Shown: positions 27,901 to 37,660, counted from the first letter of the stretch. The stretch: DNA of 64,000 bases from an uncultured bacterium (GCA_963695095.1 CAVOFT010000001.1:1408001-1472000), one strand, 5' to 3'. A program made the numbers and translations. The notes: generated by a model not told the origin, from the sequence alone.

Positions 27901-28174
27901 TGATTTCCGAGATGCCCGCCCGCGACACCGAACGCAGGCCGCGCAGGCCGGGGATCACCGAGACGGCTTCCTCCAGCGGCTCGGTGATGAGCTTCTCCAC
28001 CTCGGCGGGCGCCGCGTCCGGGTAGCTCGTCTGCACGGTGAGCGTCGGATAGGCGATGTCGGGGAGCAGATTGAGGGGCAGTCGGGACAGGGAGACGAAG
28101 CCGAAGAGCAGGGCCGCCAGCGTCAGCATGAAGACGGTGACCGGCCGGCTCATCGACCCGGTGACGAGCTTCAT
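24929..28174 (-). CDS. RND efflux permease (AcrB family), first subunit
   Basis: MKLVTGSMSRPVT start overlapping the MFP stop; GMLVDNAIVVLD, GIVVNNAIVL, RLRPILMTT. Confidence 0.93.
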   Translation of the reverse strand: MKLVTGSMSRPVTVFMLTLAALLFGFVSLSRLPLNLLPDIAYPTLTVQTSYPDAAPAEVEKLITEPLEEAVSVIPGLRGLRSVSRAGISEISLEFGWKTAMDFAALDVREKIDMVRLPEDAGSPILLRYDPNLDPILRLGLHGKQDLVSLRHLAEHLLKKDLESLEGVASVRVQGGLEEEIQVEVDEAKLAALGLPISAVSTFLGDQNLNAAGGRLRDRDAEFLVRTLNEFKGEEDVARTIVYEDGERRVTLADVATVARGYKEREVISHVQGEEAVELALYKEGSANTVRVASVVKRRLEQLRRELPPATDLVVLADQSTFIEQSIAEVRGNAVIGGLLAVLVLYLFLKDRRSTFIIATVIPISVMATFFVMQQLGISLNIMSLGGLALGVGMLVDNAIVVLDAVSRHRAAGLSLWDATREGAGEVARAVTASTLTTVAVFLPIIFVEGIAGQIFRDQALTVTASLLVSLLAALTLIPVLASLGGRAPAFPPVPLAEPSPEPMPPAPRRPAGRLRRVLSAPLVALAWLGRWLLRGLTVLLPGLLVRLGRLLFAAASRLSLWLLWPLQRGFDRAWGRLDAAYPRLLAAALARPRLVLGLALLLAAGAVASLPLLGVELVPPFAQGQFGFDLEFPAGTPLARVEQKLREIEADLAGDARIGVLYASVGDSPSLGGARSEKRENVAQLGISVADSGDRDQEAAVIDRCRQVLAAYPELRYTFRRPSYFSIQTPIEVQVYGYDLDALAAYADRLALGMAQIPGLRDVKSSLEQGNPEVQVRFARDRLASLGLDMEAVSRTLRGKIHGDLATRLKEQDRQIDVRVRRADAGQMDVGEVSGLVIGQVEGVPIPLATVAEVILGTGPAQIVHVGQQRAAVISANIAGRDLGGASRDIEALLAAAPPPAALAVSLGGQNRELATSFRSLALAAALAVFMVYLVMASEFESFLHPFVILMTVPLGLVGVILALLVTRTAVSVVVLIGAVMLAGIVVNNAIVLVDYINVRRRAGMAKRGAVVEASAARLRPILMTTLTTVLGLTPMAIGLGEGAEIRAPMAIAVIGGLSLATLLTLIVIPVVYERLDRSA

Positions 28175-29403
28175 GAGCTCTTGTCCCGGGCCTGCGCGGA
28201 ATCGGCAGCCGCGCCGGCTTTGCCGACGAGATCCTCGATCTTGCTGCCGGACTTCAGGCTGCCCGTCCCCACGCTCACCACGCGATCCCCCTCGACGAGG
28301 CCGCTCAGCACTTCGACGCGGCCGGCGTCGGCGTAGCCCGTGGTGATGCTCACCTTGATGACGCTGTCGGCCACGGCCTTGAAGACGTAGGTCTCGCCGC
28401 CTTCGGGCACCAGCGCGCGCTTGGGGATGACCAGCACGTCCTCGTGCAGGTCCGTCTCCACCTGGACGCGGACGAAGGAGCCCGGCCGCAGCAGCTCGTC
28501 GCCGCTGCTGACGCGGCAGGTCACCTTGACCGTGCCCGTGCGGGTGTCGACGATCGGCGCGATCCGCAGCACTTCGCCGGGCAGCTCGCGCTCCGGGGCG
28601 CTGTCGGGCAGGATGCGCACGGCCTGCCCGATGGCGATGCGCGCCGCCAGCTTCTCGGGCAGGTAGACGCAGGCCAGCAGCGGATCGCTGTCCACCAGCC
28701 GGAAGAGCGTGGTGCCGGCCACGACGTGCTGGCCGGGGGCGACGAGGCGCTCCGTGACGCGGCCGCTGAAGGGCGCCAGGATGCGCGTGTACGCGAGGCG
28801 CAGCGCCGCCGCCTTGCGCTGGGCGTCGGCCTCTTCCCAGCGGAAGCGCAAGTCCTGAAGCTCCTTGTTGCTGATGCCCTGCTCGGCGTGCAGGGCCTCG
28901 CCGCGGGCGAACTCGCGCTGGGCCGCCTCCGCGCGCAAGGCGGCTTCCTCCAGGGCGACGCTCTCGGCCTCGCCGTCCAGCAGGGCGAGGAGCTCGCCGC
29001 TCTCCACCCAATCGCCCTCCTCGGCCGGCAGCGACTTGATCTGGCCGGCTGCCTTGCACTGCACGTCGACCAGCTTCTCGGGTTCGAGGGAGGCGGTGGC
29101 GCCCAGCGTGCTGGCCACGGTGTCGCGGCCGACGAGGGCCAGTTCGACGGGCACGCGCAGCTCTTCCTTCTTCTCGTCCTTGTCATCCTTGCGGAAGCGT
29201 GCCAGGAAGCCGCCGCTCTTCTGGGCGCCGGCCGCGCTGTCGGGGGCGGCGGAGCTGCTGTCGGCGGCCGGGGCGTTCTCCTCGGCGCCGCCGTTCTTGC
29301 CGCAGCCGCTGAAGTTGATGACGACCGCCAGCAGGAACACCGCGAGGATGGCGAAGAGGCTCAGGGGACGGCGATCGGGGAGCGGGCCGATGAGCCGGTA
29401 CAT
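28171..29403 (-). CDS. RND membrane fusion protein (periplasmic adaptor)
   Basis: Lipoprotein-like FSGC; EG..V..GELLA.LD, I.APFSG.V, P.VD..TGT, LRPG.FV, GL..GD.VV. Confidence 0.92.
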   Translation of the reverse strand: MYRLIGPLPDRRPLSLFAILAVFLLAVVINFSGCGKNGGAEENAPAADSSSAAPDSAAGAQKSGGFLARFRKDDKDEKKEELRVPVELALVGRDTVASTLGATASLEPEKLVDVQCKAAGQIKSLPAEEGDWVESGELLALLDGEAESVALEEAALRAEAAQREFARGEALHAEQGISNKELQDLRFRWEEADAQRKAAALRLAYTRILAPFSGRVTERLVAPGQHVVAGTTLFRLVDSDPLLACVYLPEKLAARIAIGQAVRILPDSAPERELPGEVLRIAPIVDTRTGTVKVTCRVSSGDELLRPGSFVRVQVETDLHEDVLVIPKRALVPEGGETYVFKAVADSVIKVSITTGYADAGRVEVLSGLVEGDRVVSVGTGSLKSGSKIEDLVGKAGAAADSAQARDKSS

Positions 29404-29462
29404 CGTGGCCTCCTGGGGTGGGTAACGGAGAGGGCCGGGCGGGAACCGCCCAACGGGGCAGC

Positions 29463-29488
29463 TTACGGTGGCCCGGCCAGGGGGTTAC
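29463..29488 (-). promoter_or_regulatory. ECF-sigma-like promoter for the RND operon
   Basis: Minus strand GTAAC-N16-CGTAA about 60 bp upstream of the MFP start; matches the general ECF -35 AAC / -10 CGT pattern. Confidence 0.5.
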
Positions 29489-29572
29489 GCCTGTTGACTT
29501 GGAGCCCTCGAGAGCGGGAGAGGTTTCGCCGCAGGCCCATTCACGGATTCAATACCACTCGATCTGAATACT

Positions 29573-29581
29573 TGCTATAAT
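29573..29581 (+). promoter_or_regulatory. extended -10 promoter for the C25 protease gene
   Basis: TGcTATAAT in an AT-rich patch about 60 bp before the ATG. Confidence 0.6.
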
Positions 29582-29642
29582 GTGACGGTTGGCTTCCACC
29601 CGCCTCCGGGTGGCTCGGGCATTCCTACGAAAGGACAGGACG

Positions 29643-32600
29643 ATGATGAAGACCGTGAAGGGACTGGCCATCGGCTTGCTGCTGCTCTGCTTGGCGGCGC
29701 CGGTTCTGGCCGAGACATCACAGATCGCGTTGAGCGGCAGCGAAACACGGCTCGAATTGCTGGCGCAGGAGGGCGACGCTCTCCATTATCGCCTCTCCCT
29801 GGCCGGCCTGGCCGCCGAGCGCGTGGCCACCCCGGCGGGGGCCTTCACCCGGCTGGACATCCCCGGCTACTACCACAGCCAGGAAGTCGGCGCGCCGGCC
29901 CTGCCGATGCTCAACCGCCTCATCGAGCTGCCCCTGGGCGCCAAGGCGAGCATCGAGATCATCGGCCTCCAGGAGCGCGAGATCGATTTGGGCGCCCTCG
30001 GCCTCGGCGATCCGCTCTTCCCGGCGCAGCCCAGCCTGTCCAAGAGCGCCGATCCGGCCAGTCGGCCCTTCCGCTATGACGCCGCGGCCTACCGGGCCGA
30101 ACCCGTTGCCCGCGACCTGGTGGCCGTCGTCGATTGCGGGCAGCTTCGCGGCGCCCGCGTGGGCCGGCTCGAAGTGTCCCCGGTCACCTACTATCCCGAG
30201 GCCAAGCGCCTGCGCGTGGCCGAGAGCGTCGAGTTCCGCGTCAACTTCACGGGCGGCGATCCCGTGGCCGAGGCGCGCCTGAAGGCCCTCACCCGCAGCC
30301 CCTTCTTCACACCGGTCTACGAGCGCCTCGAGGGAGCCCGCGGCCTGCATGACAGCTATCCGGATCGCGTGCGCGATCTCGTGACGCTGGTCGTCGTGAC
30401 GCCGCCGGAGTTCGAGTACCAGCTGGCGGACTTCGTCGCCTGGAAGACGCGCCGCGGCTTCAAGACGATCTTGGCCGTCACCGGCACGCCCGAGGTCGGC
30501 ACGCACCACGGCTCAGATCCAGGCCTACATCCACGGCCTCTACAACAACGCGACGCCCGAGCAGCCGGCGCCCAGCTTCGTCGTCTTCGTGGGCGACGTC
30601 GCCCAGATGCCGACCTGGACCGAGGGCGGCAACGTCACCGACCGGCCCTACTGCGCGGTCGAGGGCGGCGACCTGATGCCGGACATCTACTACGGCCGCC
30701 TGAGCGCCACCAACCCGACGCATGCTCCAGGCCATCCTGGACAAGACCCTCGATGTACGACCAGTTCACCATGCCCGATCCCAGCTATCTCGAGGAGGTG
30801 GTCATGATCGCCGGCATGGACGGCAGCTTCGGCTCCGTCTGGGCGAACGGCCAGATCAACTACGGGACGACCTACTACTTCAACCCCGCGCACGAGATCC
30901 TCAGCCACACCTATCTGTACCCGGCCTCGGGCAGCAGCGACGCCGCAGATCGTGCAGAACGTGAGCGACGGCGTCAGCTACATCAACTACACCGCCCACG
31001 GCAGCACGACCTCCTGGTCGGACCCGACCTTCACGCAGGGCAACATCAACAGCCTGCAGAACTACGGCGAGTACTGCCTGGCCGTCGGCAACTGCTGCCT
31101 GACCAGCAGCTACGAGGTCGGCGAGTGCTTCGCCGAGACCTGGCTGCGCGTGGCGGACAAGGGCGCCATCGGCTACATCGGCGGCAGCAACTCGACCTAC
31201 TGGGACGAGGACTACTGGTGGGGCGTGGGCTAACGGCAGCATCGTCGCCAACCCCACCTACGAGACCCACGACGATGGGCGCCTACGACGGCCTCTTCCA
31301 CGATCACGGCGAGGCGATGACGCAGTGGTACGTCACCAACGACGCGCTGATCTTCTGCGGCAACCTCGCCGTGATGGAGGCCGGCTCCAGCCTGACCAGC
31401 TACTACTGGACCATCTACAACCTGATGGGCGACCCCAGCCTCAGCACCTGGATCGGCGTGCCGCAGACCAACCCGGTCAACCATGTCAGCCGCTCTTCAC
31501 CACCAGCACGAGTCTGGCGATCGCCGCCGCTCCCGGCAGCTACTGCGGGCTCAGCCAGGACGGTGCGCTGGTCGGTGCCGGCACCGTGGGCGCGACGGGC
31601 AGCCTCGACCTGGAGATCTGGGAGCTGCTCACCCCCGGCCCGGCCGAGCTGATCGTGATGGCCCAGAACATGGAGCCGTACACGGCGACGATCAATGTCA
31701 TCGTGCCGGCCACGATCGTCTTCGATCCGGACGCCATCGACGCCCAGGTGCCCACGACGGTGACCATCGGCGTCTTCGAGGCTGACGGGACCACCCCCAA
31801 GCCCGGCATCGAGGTCTGGGCCGAGGGCGTGGGCTACGCGACGGCGCGCGTGACCACCGGCGGCGACGGCAACTGCCAGCTGCTGATCGACTACCCCTAC
31901 GGCCCGAGCGTCGACATCTGCGGGCAGGATCCGGCGGATCCCTGGCTGCTCTTCCGCCAGCCGCTGACGGTGAATGCCCTGCCGCTGATGGACGTCGCCC
32001 TGCGCGTGACGACCGACATCGGCCTGACCGACTCCTTCGCGCTCAACCTGCCGGGCACCCTCGAAGCCTACAAGCTGTTCGGCACGCTGCCCGCGCACGA
32101 GCTGTGGGCCTACGTCAACGATGAGCCCGGCCTGATGACGACGGAGGCATCGCTCACGCTGACGCCGACGGCGCTGGGGGCCGTGCAGGGCGTCTATGCT
32201 CAGCTGGGCTACAACATCGTCGTGCGCAACTTCCCGATCATCGAGGCCTTCGGCACCCTGACCGGCCACGTGGACGCGGCGGGCAACCCCGCAGCGGGTG
32301 CGGTGGTGCAGGGCTGGGATGCCGGCGACGAGCTGGCCTTCACGGCCACCTGCAACGGCAGCGGCGACTACGACGTCGGCGAGGACATCCTCGTCGCCGA
32401 CTACACGCTCACGGTGGACTACTTCGGCTATCTGCCGCACAGCGAGCCCTACTTCGTGAACTACGGCGCCAATGTCCACGATATCGACCTGGTCGCGGCG
32501 CCCAGCGGGGTACTCTCGGGCACGGTGACGGAGGCGGGCAGCGGACAGCCGCTCGTGGCCACGATCTCGATCTTCCGCAGCGACACCGGCGCTCTCTACA

Positions 32601-33778
32601 ACGAGGTGAGCAGCGCGGCGGGCACGGGCCTGTACACCAGCGGTCCGCTGCCCTACTTCGACTGGACCGTGACGGTGCGCTGCCCTGGCCACATCGCCCA
32701 GACGCGCACGGAAACCGTGGACGCGCCCGTCGTCACCGCAGACTTCGTCCTCGAGGAGACGGTGGGCAATATCCTTGTCATCAACGACGGCGCCAAGGCC
32801 GGCTGGAACGAGCCGAAACTGGCGGTGGACGGCAGCGTGATCGAGCCCGGTTACTACAGCGAGGCCAAGAGCATCGCCACCATCCAGGGCGACCTGGAGA
32901 CACTGGGCTACACGGTCGTGGTTGAGACGATGACGAGCAATCCGGCCACCTGGCAGAACTACGATCTGCTGATGACCTGCAGCGGCCGCAACACCGCGAC
33001 TCTCGAGAACGCGGCCTTCCGCACCGCCCTGCAGAGTTACGTGCAGGCCGGCGGCAAGCTGCTCGTCGAGGGCGGCGAGGTCGGCTACGACTGGGACTAC
33101 CAGAACAGCACCTGGGCCCAGGCCGTGTTGCGCGTGGCGAACTGGAACCACGACTCGAGCGGCAGCGTCACCGTTTATGCGGCGGCGCACCCGGTGATGA
33201 GCTATCCCAATACCATCGTCGGGCCCATCACCGTGAGCTACGCCGGCTATGGCGACCAGGACGCCCTGGTGGCCACCGCCAGCGCCCAGCGCATTGGCGC
33301 CTGGACGAGCTATCCTTCGGATGCCAGCATCATCGTGCAGGATCTGGATAGCACGCCCGAGGACGGCGACTACGTGATGTTCGCCTGGTGCTACGAGTCG
33401 ATGGACGCGACCAAGCGCGTGCAGCTGCTCGAGAACGCCGTGCTCTGGCTGATCGGCGGCGGGCTGACCGCCGTGGAGGAGACGCCGACGGCCCTGCCGG
33501 CGGCGCTCACCCTGCGCGGCAACCACCCCAATCCGTTCAACCCGAAGACCGACATCCGCTTCGCGCTGCCGGCGGCCGCCTCGGTGGAGCTGGCCGTCTA
33601 TGACGTGAAGGGCCGCCGCGTGGCCAGCCTGCTCAGCGGCCGGCTCGAAGCCGGCGACCACGTGGTGACCTGGCTCGGCACCGATGATGCAGGCATCCCG
33701 CAGTCGAGCGGCGTGTACTTCGCTCGTCTGCGTGCGGAGGGCACGGCGCTCACGCACAAGATGCTTCTTCTCAAGTGA
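29643..33778 (+). CDS. gingipain-like C25 cysteine protease with propeptide, carboxypeptidase-regulatory-like repeats and a C-terminal FlgD-Ig/T9SS-like domain; about 7 frameshifts in 30500-31490
   Basis: Propeptide G.PALP, P.QPS.SKS; FVAWK.RRGF, VGD, PDI.YGRLS, NYTAHGS (catalytic His), GNCC (catalytic Cys), GAIGYIG, LMGDP; PNPFNP...SGVYFARL...KMLLLK. Confidence 0.85.
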
Positions 33779-33839
33779 GCTCACTCGCCTCTGCCCGCGC
33801 CCGAAACAACGGGCGCGGCGCAGAGGCGAGATCGCTCAC
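33775..33839. repeat. dispersed ~65-nt hairpin repeat, copy 1
   Basis: GTGAGC-tca-CTCGCCTCTGC-CCGCGCCCG-aaacaa-CGGGCGCGG-c-GCAGAGGCGAG-atc-GCTCAC; includes the TGA stop codon. Confidence 0.85.
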
Positions 33840-33847
33840 CGGAAAAG

Positions 33848-33878
33848 CAGCGCCCGGCACGCGAGTGTCGGGCGCTTT
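33848..33878 (+). terminator. GC-rich hairpin with GNRA loop, possible terminator
   Basis: AGCGCCCGGCAC-GCGA-GTGTCGGGCGCT followed by TT; A-run upstream. Confidence 0.5.
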
Positions 33879-33951
33879 CGCATAGGGCCCCGTGGTATAC
33901 TCGTACTCGTACGCGCGCGGCGGGGGGTCGCGCGGAAGGGGAGGAGTTCCC

Positions 33952-35667
33952 ATGCGTGCCATCCTTGCTCTCTTGCTGCTTGCGGTCCTGCCGGCCGCGG
34001 CGCTGGCCGTCTGGTCTGCGGATCCGCAGGTCAACCTGGCCATCGCCGATCGCGCGGGCGATCAGGTGGTGCCCAAGATCGCGGCGCGGGCGGACGGCGG
34101 CTGCTATGTCGGCTGGTTCGACCTCGCCGCGGGCAGCTACGACGTCTACCTGCAGCGCCTGGACGCGGCCGGCAACGAAGCGTGGCCGCACAACGGCATC
34201 CTCGTGAGCGACCACGCCCAGGACACCTGGATCACGGACTGGGATCTCCTCGCCGACAGCGAGGGCGGCGCCGTGCTCGTCTTCTCCGATATCCGCGCCG
34301 GGGGCGACCTGGACGTCTACGCCTATCGCGTCTCGGCTGCGGGCGACATGCTCTGGGGCGCGGACGGCATCGCCATCAGCGTCGACGCCGACTTCGATCC
34401 CTCGCCAAAGGTCACCGAGACCGCCGGCGGCGACTTCGTCGTCGTCTGGGGCAAGTCGCCCGACGCCGGCGACGGCAAGATCATGATGCAGCGCCTCGCC
34501 CCCGACGGCACCCTGCGCTTCGCCGCCGGCGCCCTCGCCGTGGCCGGTGAGGCGGGCGAGAGCCCCGGCTTCTGCGACCTCGTGCCCGCGGGCGCCGACG
34601 GCGTCATCGTCTGCTGGGTGCGCGACATCAGCACCTTCATGGCGCCCCGCCACCTGCGCGCCGAGCACTTCGACGCCGCGGGCGCCTCCACCTGGGGCGC
34701 GCCCACCGTCGTCTACGACGAGACCGCGCTGCCCATCGCCTATCAGCCGGAGATCCTGTCCGACGGCGCGGGCGGCGCCTTGCTGCTATGGCACCGCTAC
34801 CTCGGCGGCCTCTACAACAGCGCCGTGCAGCGTCTGGATGCGGCGGGCGCCGAGCTGTGGCCGCATCAGGGGCTCGTCGTCTCCACGCTCGGCGGCATGT
34901 ACCACATCTCGCCCACCTTCACCTTCGATGAGGCGAGCGGCGACACCTACGTCTTCTGGGACGAGCGCAACACGGCACAGAGCCAGTGGGGGATCGCCGG
35001 CCAGCGCTTCGATGCCGCGGGCAACCGCCTCTGGGGCGCCTCCGGCCGCAGCTTCCTGCCCACGAGCCCGCTCTACCTCTACGCGCTGCGCGCGCTGCCC
35101 GCCGCGGGCGGGGCGACGCTCTTCTGGATCGACGAGCCGGGCGGCTTCGGGAGCAACCGCGTGCGCGGCTTCCGCGCGGACAGTGCCGGCAACTGGCTCT
35201 GGGGCGCGGAGCCTCTGGGCGTGTCCACCCTGCTCAGCGGCAAGAGCCGCCTGCCCGTCGCCGCTGCCCCCGACGGTACGGCGCTTCTCATCTGGGAGGA
35301 CGACCGCGCGGGCACCGTGGACGTCTACGGCCAAAACGTGCGGCCGGACGGCACGCTGGGCGGCGACCTCACCGCCGCGCCGGCGCCGGCCGCGGTGGCG
35401 AGCCTCGCGGCCTGGCCGAATCCCTTCAACCCCAGCACGGCGATCGAGCTGACGCTGGCGACGCCGGGCCCGGCGCGCCTGAGCATCCACGATGCCCAGG
35501 GCCGCCTGCTCCGCATCCTCGTCGAGGGGAGTCTGCCCGCCGGCGAGACGACCCTGCACTGGGACGGCCGCGATGCCGCTGGCAAGGCCATGTCGAGTGG
35601 GCTGTACTTCGCCCGCGCGGAGCTGCCCGCGGGCTCGCTCGTGCGCAAGCTGATGTTGCTCAAATGA
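33952..35667 (+). CDS. secreted beta-propeller repeat protein with a C-terminal FlgD-Ig/T9SS-like domain
   Basis: Signal peptide; repeats 'DG.GG....W.D.R....DVY.QR.D..G...W...G'; PNPFNP...SGLYFAR...KLMLLK. Confidence 0.85.
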   Translation: MRAILALLLLAVLPAAALAVWSADPQVNLAIADRAGDQVVPKIAARADGGCYVGWFDLAAGSYDVYLQRLDAAGNEAWPHNGILVSDHAQDTWITDWDLLADSEGGAVLVFSDIRAGGDLDVYAYRVSAAGDMLWGADGIAISVDADFDPSPKVTETAGGDFVVVWGKSPDAGDGKIMMQRLAPDGTLRFAAGALAVAGEAGESPGFCDLVPAGADGVIVCWVRDISTFMAPRHLRAEHFDAAGASTWGAPTVVYDETALPIAYQPEILSDGAGGALLLWHRYLGGLYNSAVQRLDAAGAELWPHQGLVVSTLGGMYHISPTFTFDEASGDTYVFWDERNTAQSQWGIAGQRFDAAGNRLWGASGRSFLPTSPLYLYALRALPAAGGATLFWIDEPGGFGSNRVRGFRADSAGNWLWGAEPLGVSTLLSGKSRLPVAAAPDGTALLIWEDDRAGTVDVYGQNVRPDGTLGGDLTAAPAPAAVASLAAWPNPFNPSTAIELTLATPGPARLSIHDAQGRLLRILVEGSLPAGETTLHWDGRDAAGKAMSSGLYFARAELPAGSLVRKLMLLK

Positions 35668-35727
35668 GCGCCCCCGTCTCCGCCCGCGCCCGAAACAACG
35701 GGCGCGGCGCGGAGGCGGGCGCGCTCA
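35665..35727. repeat. dispersed ~65-nt hairpin repeat, copy 2
   Basis: TGAGCGC-c-CCCGTCTCCGC-CCGCGCCCG-aaacaa-CGGGCGCGG-c-GCGGAGGCGGG-c-GCGCTCA; begins at the TGA stop codon. Confidence 0.85.
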
Positions 35728-35759
35728 CCTGCAAGCGTCTCGGCGTGCGCGAGCCCGCT

Positions 35760-36125
35760 TCAGTCTGCGGTGGGGTTATCCAGGTCGTTCAGGAGATCCT
35801 CGAGGTCGCGATCCTCGGCCGCGGCGTCCGCGATCGCGCGCGCCTGGGCGTAGTCCTCCCGTAGTTCCGTCTGGAAGCGCTCGGCGGTATCGCGAGCGAG
35901 GCTGCCAGAGGCCATGCGCCGCTGGCGCATCTGGCGCAGGAAGGAGCGGTAGGGGTCCTCGCAGGTATAGTCCCTCAGCGTATAGCGGGCGACGAAGGCG
36001 CTGCAGCGAGCGCACTCGGCGAAGATCGCCACGTCCTTGCCGGGTCGCATGAGCACCAGATTGTGCATGGCCGTGCCGTCGCAGACCGGGCAGCGTTCGC
36101 GCTTGGACCGCACGTCGAGTTCCAT
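35760..36125 (-). CDS. small zinc-ribbon hypothetical protein (121 aa)
   Basis: GAGGAGG RBS; CPVC and CARC pairs followed by a helical C-terminus. Confidence 0.72.
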   Translation of the reverse strand: MELDVRSKRERCPVCDGTAMHNLVLMRPGKDVAIFAECARCSAFVARYTLRDYTCEDPYRSFLRQMRQRRMASGSLARDTAERFQTELREDYAQARAIADAAAEDRDLEDLLNDLDNPTAD

Positions 36126-36138
36126 GAGCCCCTCCTCG

Positions 36139-37515
36139 CTAGCGCCCCGCGTCCGGGAAGAGTCCCGGCAACCAGGCGAATAGGGCACTCTCGTAGGCGA
36201 CTGTCAAGGCCAGCCCGATCACGGTGATCAGGGCGCCCGTCCTGGCCATGTCGCGCACGTCGATGCGCTCGGATCCGTAGGCGATGGCATTGGGCGGCGT
36301 GCTGATCGGCAGGGCCATGCCCAGGCTTGCGCACAGCCCGACCGCAAGCGCCATCCGCGTCGGGCTGGCGGCGGCGACGGTGAGCGCGAGGGGCAGCAGG
36401 ATGTTCGTGCTCGCGGTGTGGCTGATCACCGTGGCCAGGCCGGCGACGGCGGCGCCCATCACGAGCAGGGCAGCCAGGGGCGACAGGCGATCGAGGCCGA
36501 GAGCGCCGACCACGCCCGCGCCGAGCCCCGTTTGCTCGATGCCGACGCCGAGGGCGAGTCCGCCGCCGATGAGCAGCAGGATGTCCCAGCCGATCTCGCG
36601 CAATTGCTCCTTGTCGAAGAGGCCGGCGATGGCGAAGACGCTGACCGGCACCAGGGCGACCAGCGCCGAGGGGATGTGGTGCACGGCGTCGCTGAGCCAG
36701 AGCAGCACCGTGACCGCGAAGGTGCCGTAAACCAGGCCGCGATGGGCCGTCTGGCCGCCCGCGGGCAGGGCGAGGACGAGGTCGTCGTCGCGGAGGCGGA
36801 AAGCGCCGAGCAGCAGCCAGTAGGCGATGAAGAGCATGGCCAGCATCAGCGGGAAGGCGCCCGCCATCCAGGCCAGGAAGGAGAGGTGGATGCCGCGGTC
36901 GGCGAGCTGGCCGATCACGATGGCATTGGGCGGCGTGCCGATCGGCGTGCCCATGCCGCCGATGTTGGCGGCGAAGGGGACGCCGAGCAAGAACGCGCGG
37001 CTGAGCGGGCTCTCCCGCGGCAGTCCGCGCAGGAGCGGCAGCAGGCTGGCCACCATGATGGCGGTCGTCGCCGTGTTGGACATCCACATCGACATCGCGG
37101 CGGTGAGCAGCATCACGCCGAGCAGCACCCGCCGCGGCCGCTGCCCGAAGCGGGCGAGGCAGAAGCGTGCGAACTCGAGGTCGAGGTTCTGCCGGCTGAA
37201 GACGCGAGCCAGGACGAAGCCGCCGAACATGAGCACGACCACCGGGCTCGCGAAGGGGCTGAGGAAGTCGCGGTAGTCGAGGCTCGCCGCCCCGAAGACG
37301 GGGGCCAGCGGGCCGAGCAGCAGGGCGGAGAGGAAAGCGGCGACCACGGCCGTCACGTAGAGCGGCACCGGCTCGCTGATCCACCAGAGCACAGCGAGGA
37401 CGAAGATACCCGCCATGACGCGCTGGGCCGGGGCGAGACCGACGAGCAGCAGCGCCGTGAGCAGGGCGAGCAGGGGGGCGATCGCCAGGGCGAGGCGGCG
37501 GTGCTGGGCAGACAT
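36139..37515 (-). CDS. DASS/SLC13 di-/tricarboxylate or sulfate:sodium symporter
   Basis: WISEPVP, SMWMSNTATT, AANIGGMGTPIGTPPN, ISHTA, LPISTPPNAIAY. Confidence 0.92.
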   Translation of the reverse strand: MSAQHRRLALAIAPLLALLTALLLVGLAPAQRVMAGIFVLAVLWWISEPVPLYVTAVVAAFLSALLLGPLAPVFGAASLDYRDFLSPFASPVVVLMFGGFVLARVFSRQNLDLEFARFCLARFGQRPRRVLLGVMLLTAAMSMWMSNTATTAIMVASLLPLLRGLPRESPLSRAFLLGVPFAANIGGMGTPIGTPPNAIVIGQLADRGIHLSFLAWMAGAFPLMLAMLFIAYWLLLGAFRLRDDDLVLALPAGGQTAHRGLVYGTFAVTVLLWLSDAVHHIPSALVALVPVSVFAIAGLFDKEQLREIGWDILLLIGGGLALGVGIEQTGLGAGVVGALGLDRLSPLAALLVMGAAVAGLATVISHTASTNILLPLALTVAAASPTRMALAVGLCASLGMALPISTPPNAIAYGSERIDVRDMARTGALITVIGLALTVAYESALFAWLPGLFPDAGR

Positions 37516-37542
37516 GGGCCACCCCCGATTCGGGACCCGCCC

Positions 37543-37615
37543 AATATAGCTGTTGTGCCCCCGTGGGCAAGGGCTCGGCCTTGCTCTTGCCGAATGCCGC
37601 CATCCCGGCTAGTTT
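37543..37615. promoter_or_regulatory. divergent sigma70-type promoters for the DASS gene and acnA
   Basis: Minus strand TTGCCC-N16-TATATT (37570-37543); plus strand TTGCCG-N17-TAGTTT (37587-37615). Confidence 0.5.
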
Positions 37616-37641
37616 CTGCTTTGTTGAGGGGAGCCGCCGCT

Positions 37642-37660
37642 TGCGGGCAGTGTCCCCGCA
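37642..37660 (+). promoter_or_regulatory. IRE-like CAGUGU-loop hairpin in the acnA 5' UTR
   Basis: TGCGGG-CAGTGT-C-CCCGCA ending 3 nt before the AAAGGA RBS. Confidence 0.4.

Noticed and set aside
30500..31490. Programmed frameshifting or phase variation in the C25 protease
   Set aside because: Seven shifts within 1 kb with no slippery heptamers or simple-sequence tracts; the same +1 pattern occurs in unrelated genes, which fits sequencing error.
33776..33839. SECIS-type UGA readthrough at the hairpin-associated stops (also 35665)
   Set aside because: Both proteins end exactly at the normal CTD terminus (..LLK), the UGA lies inside the stem base, and no conserved reading frame follows.
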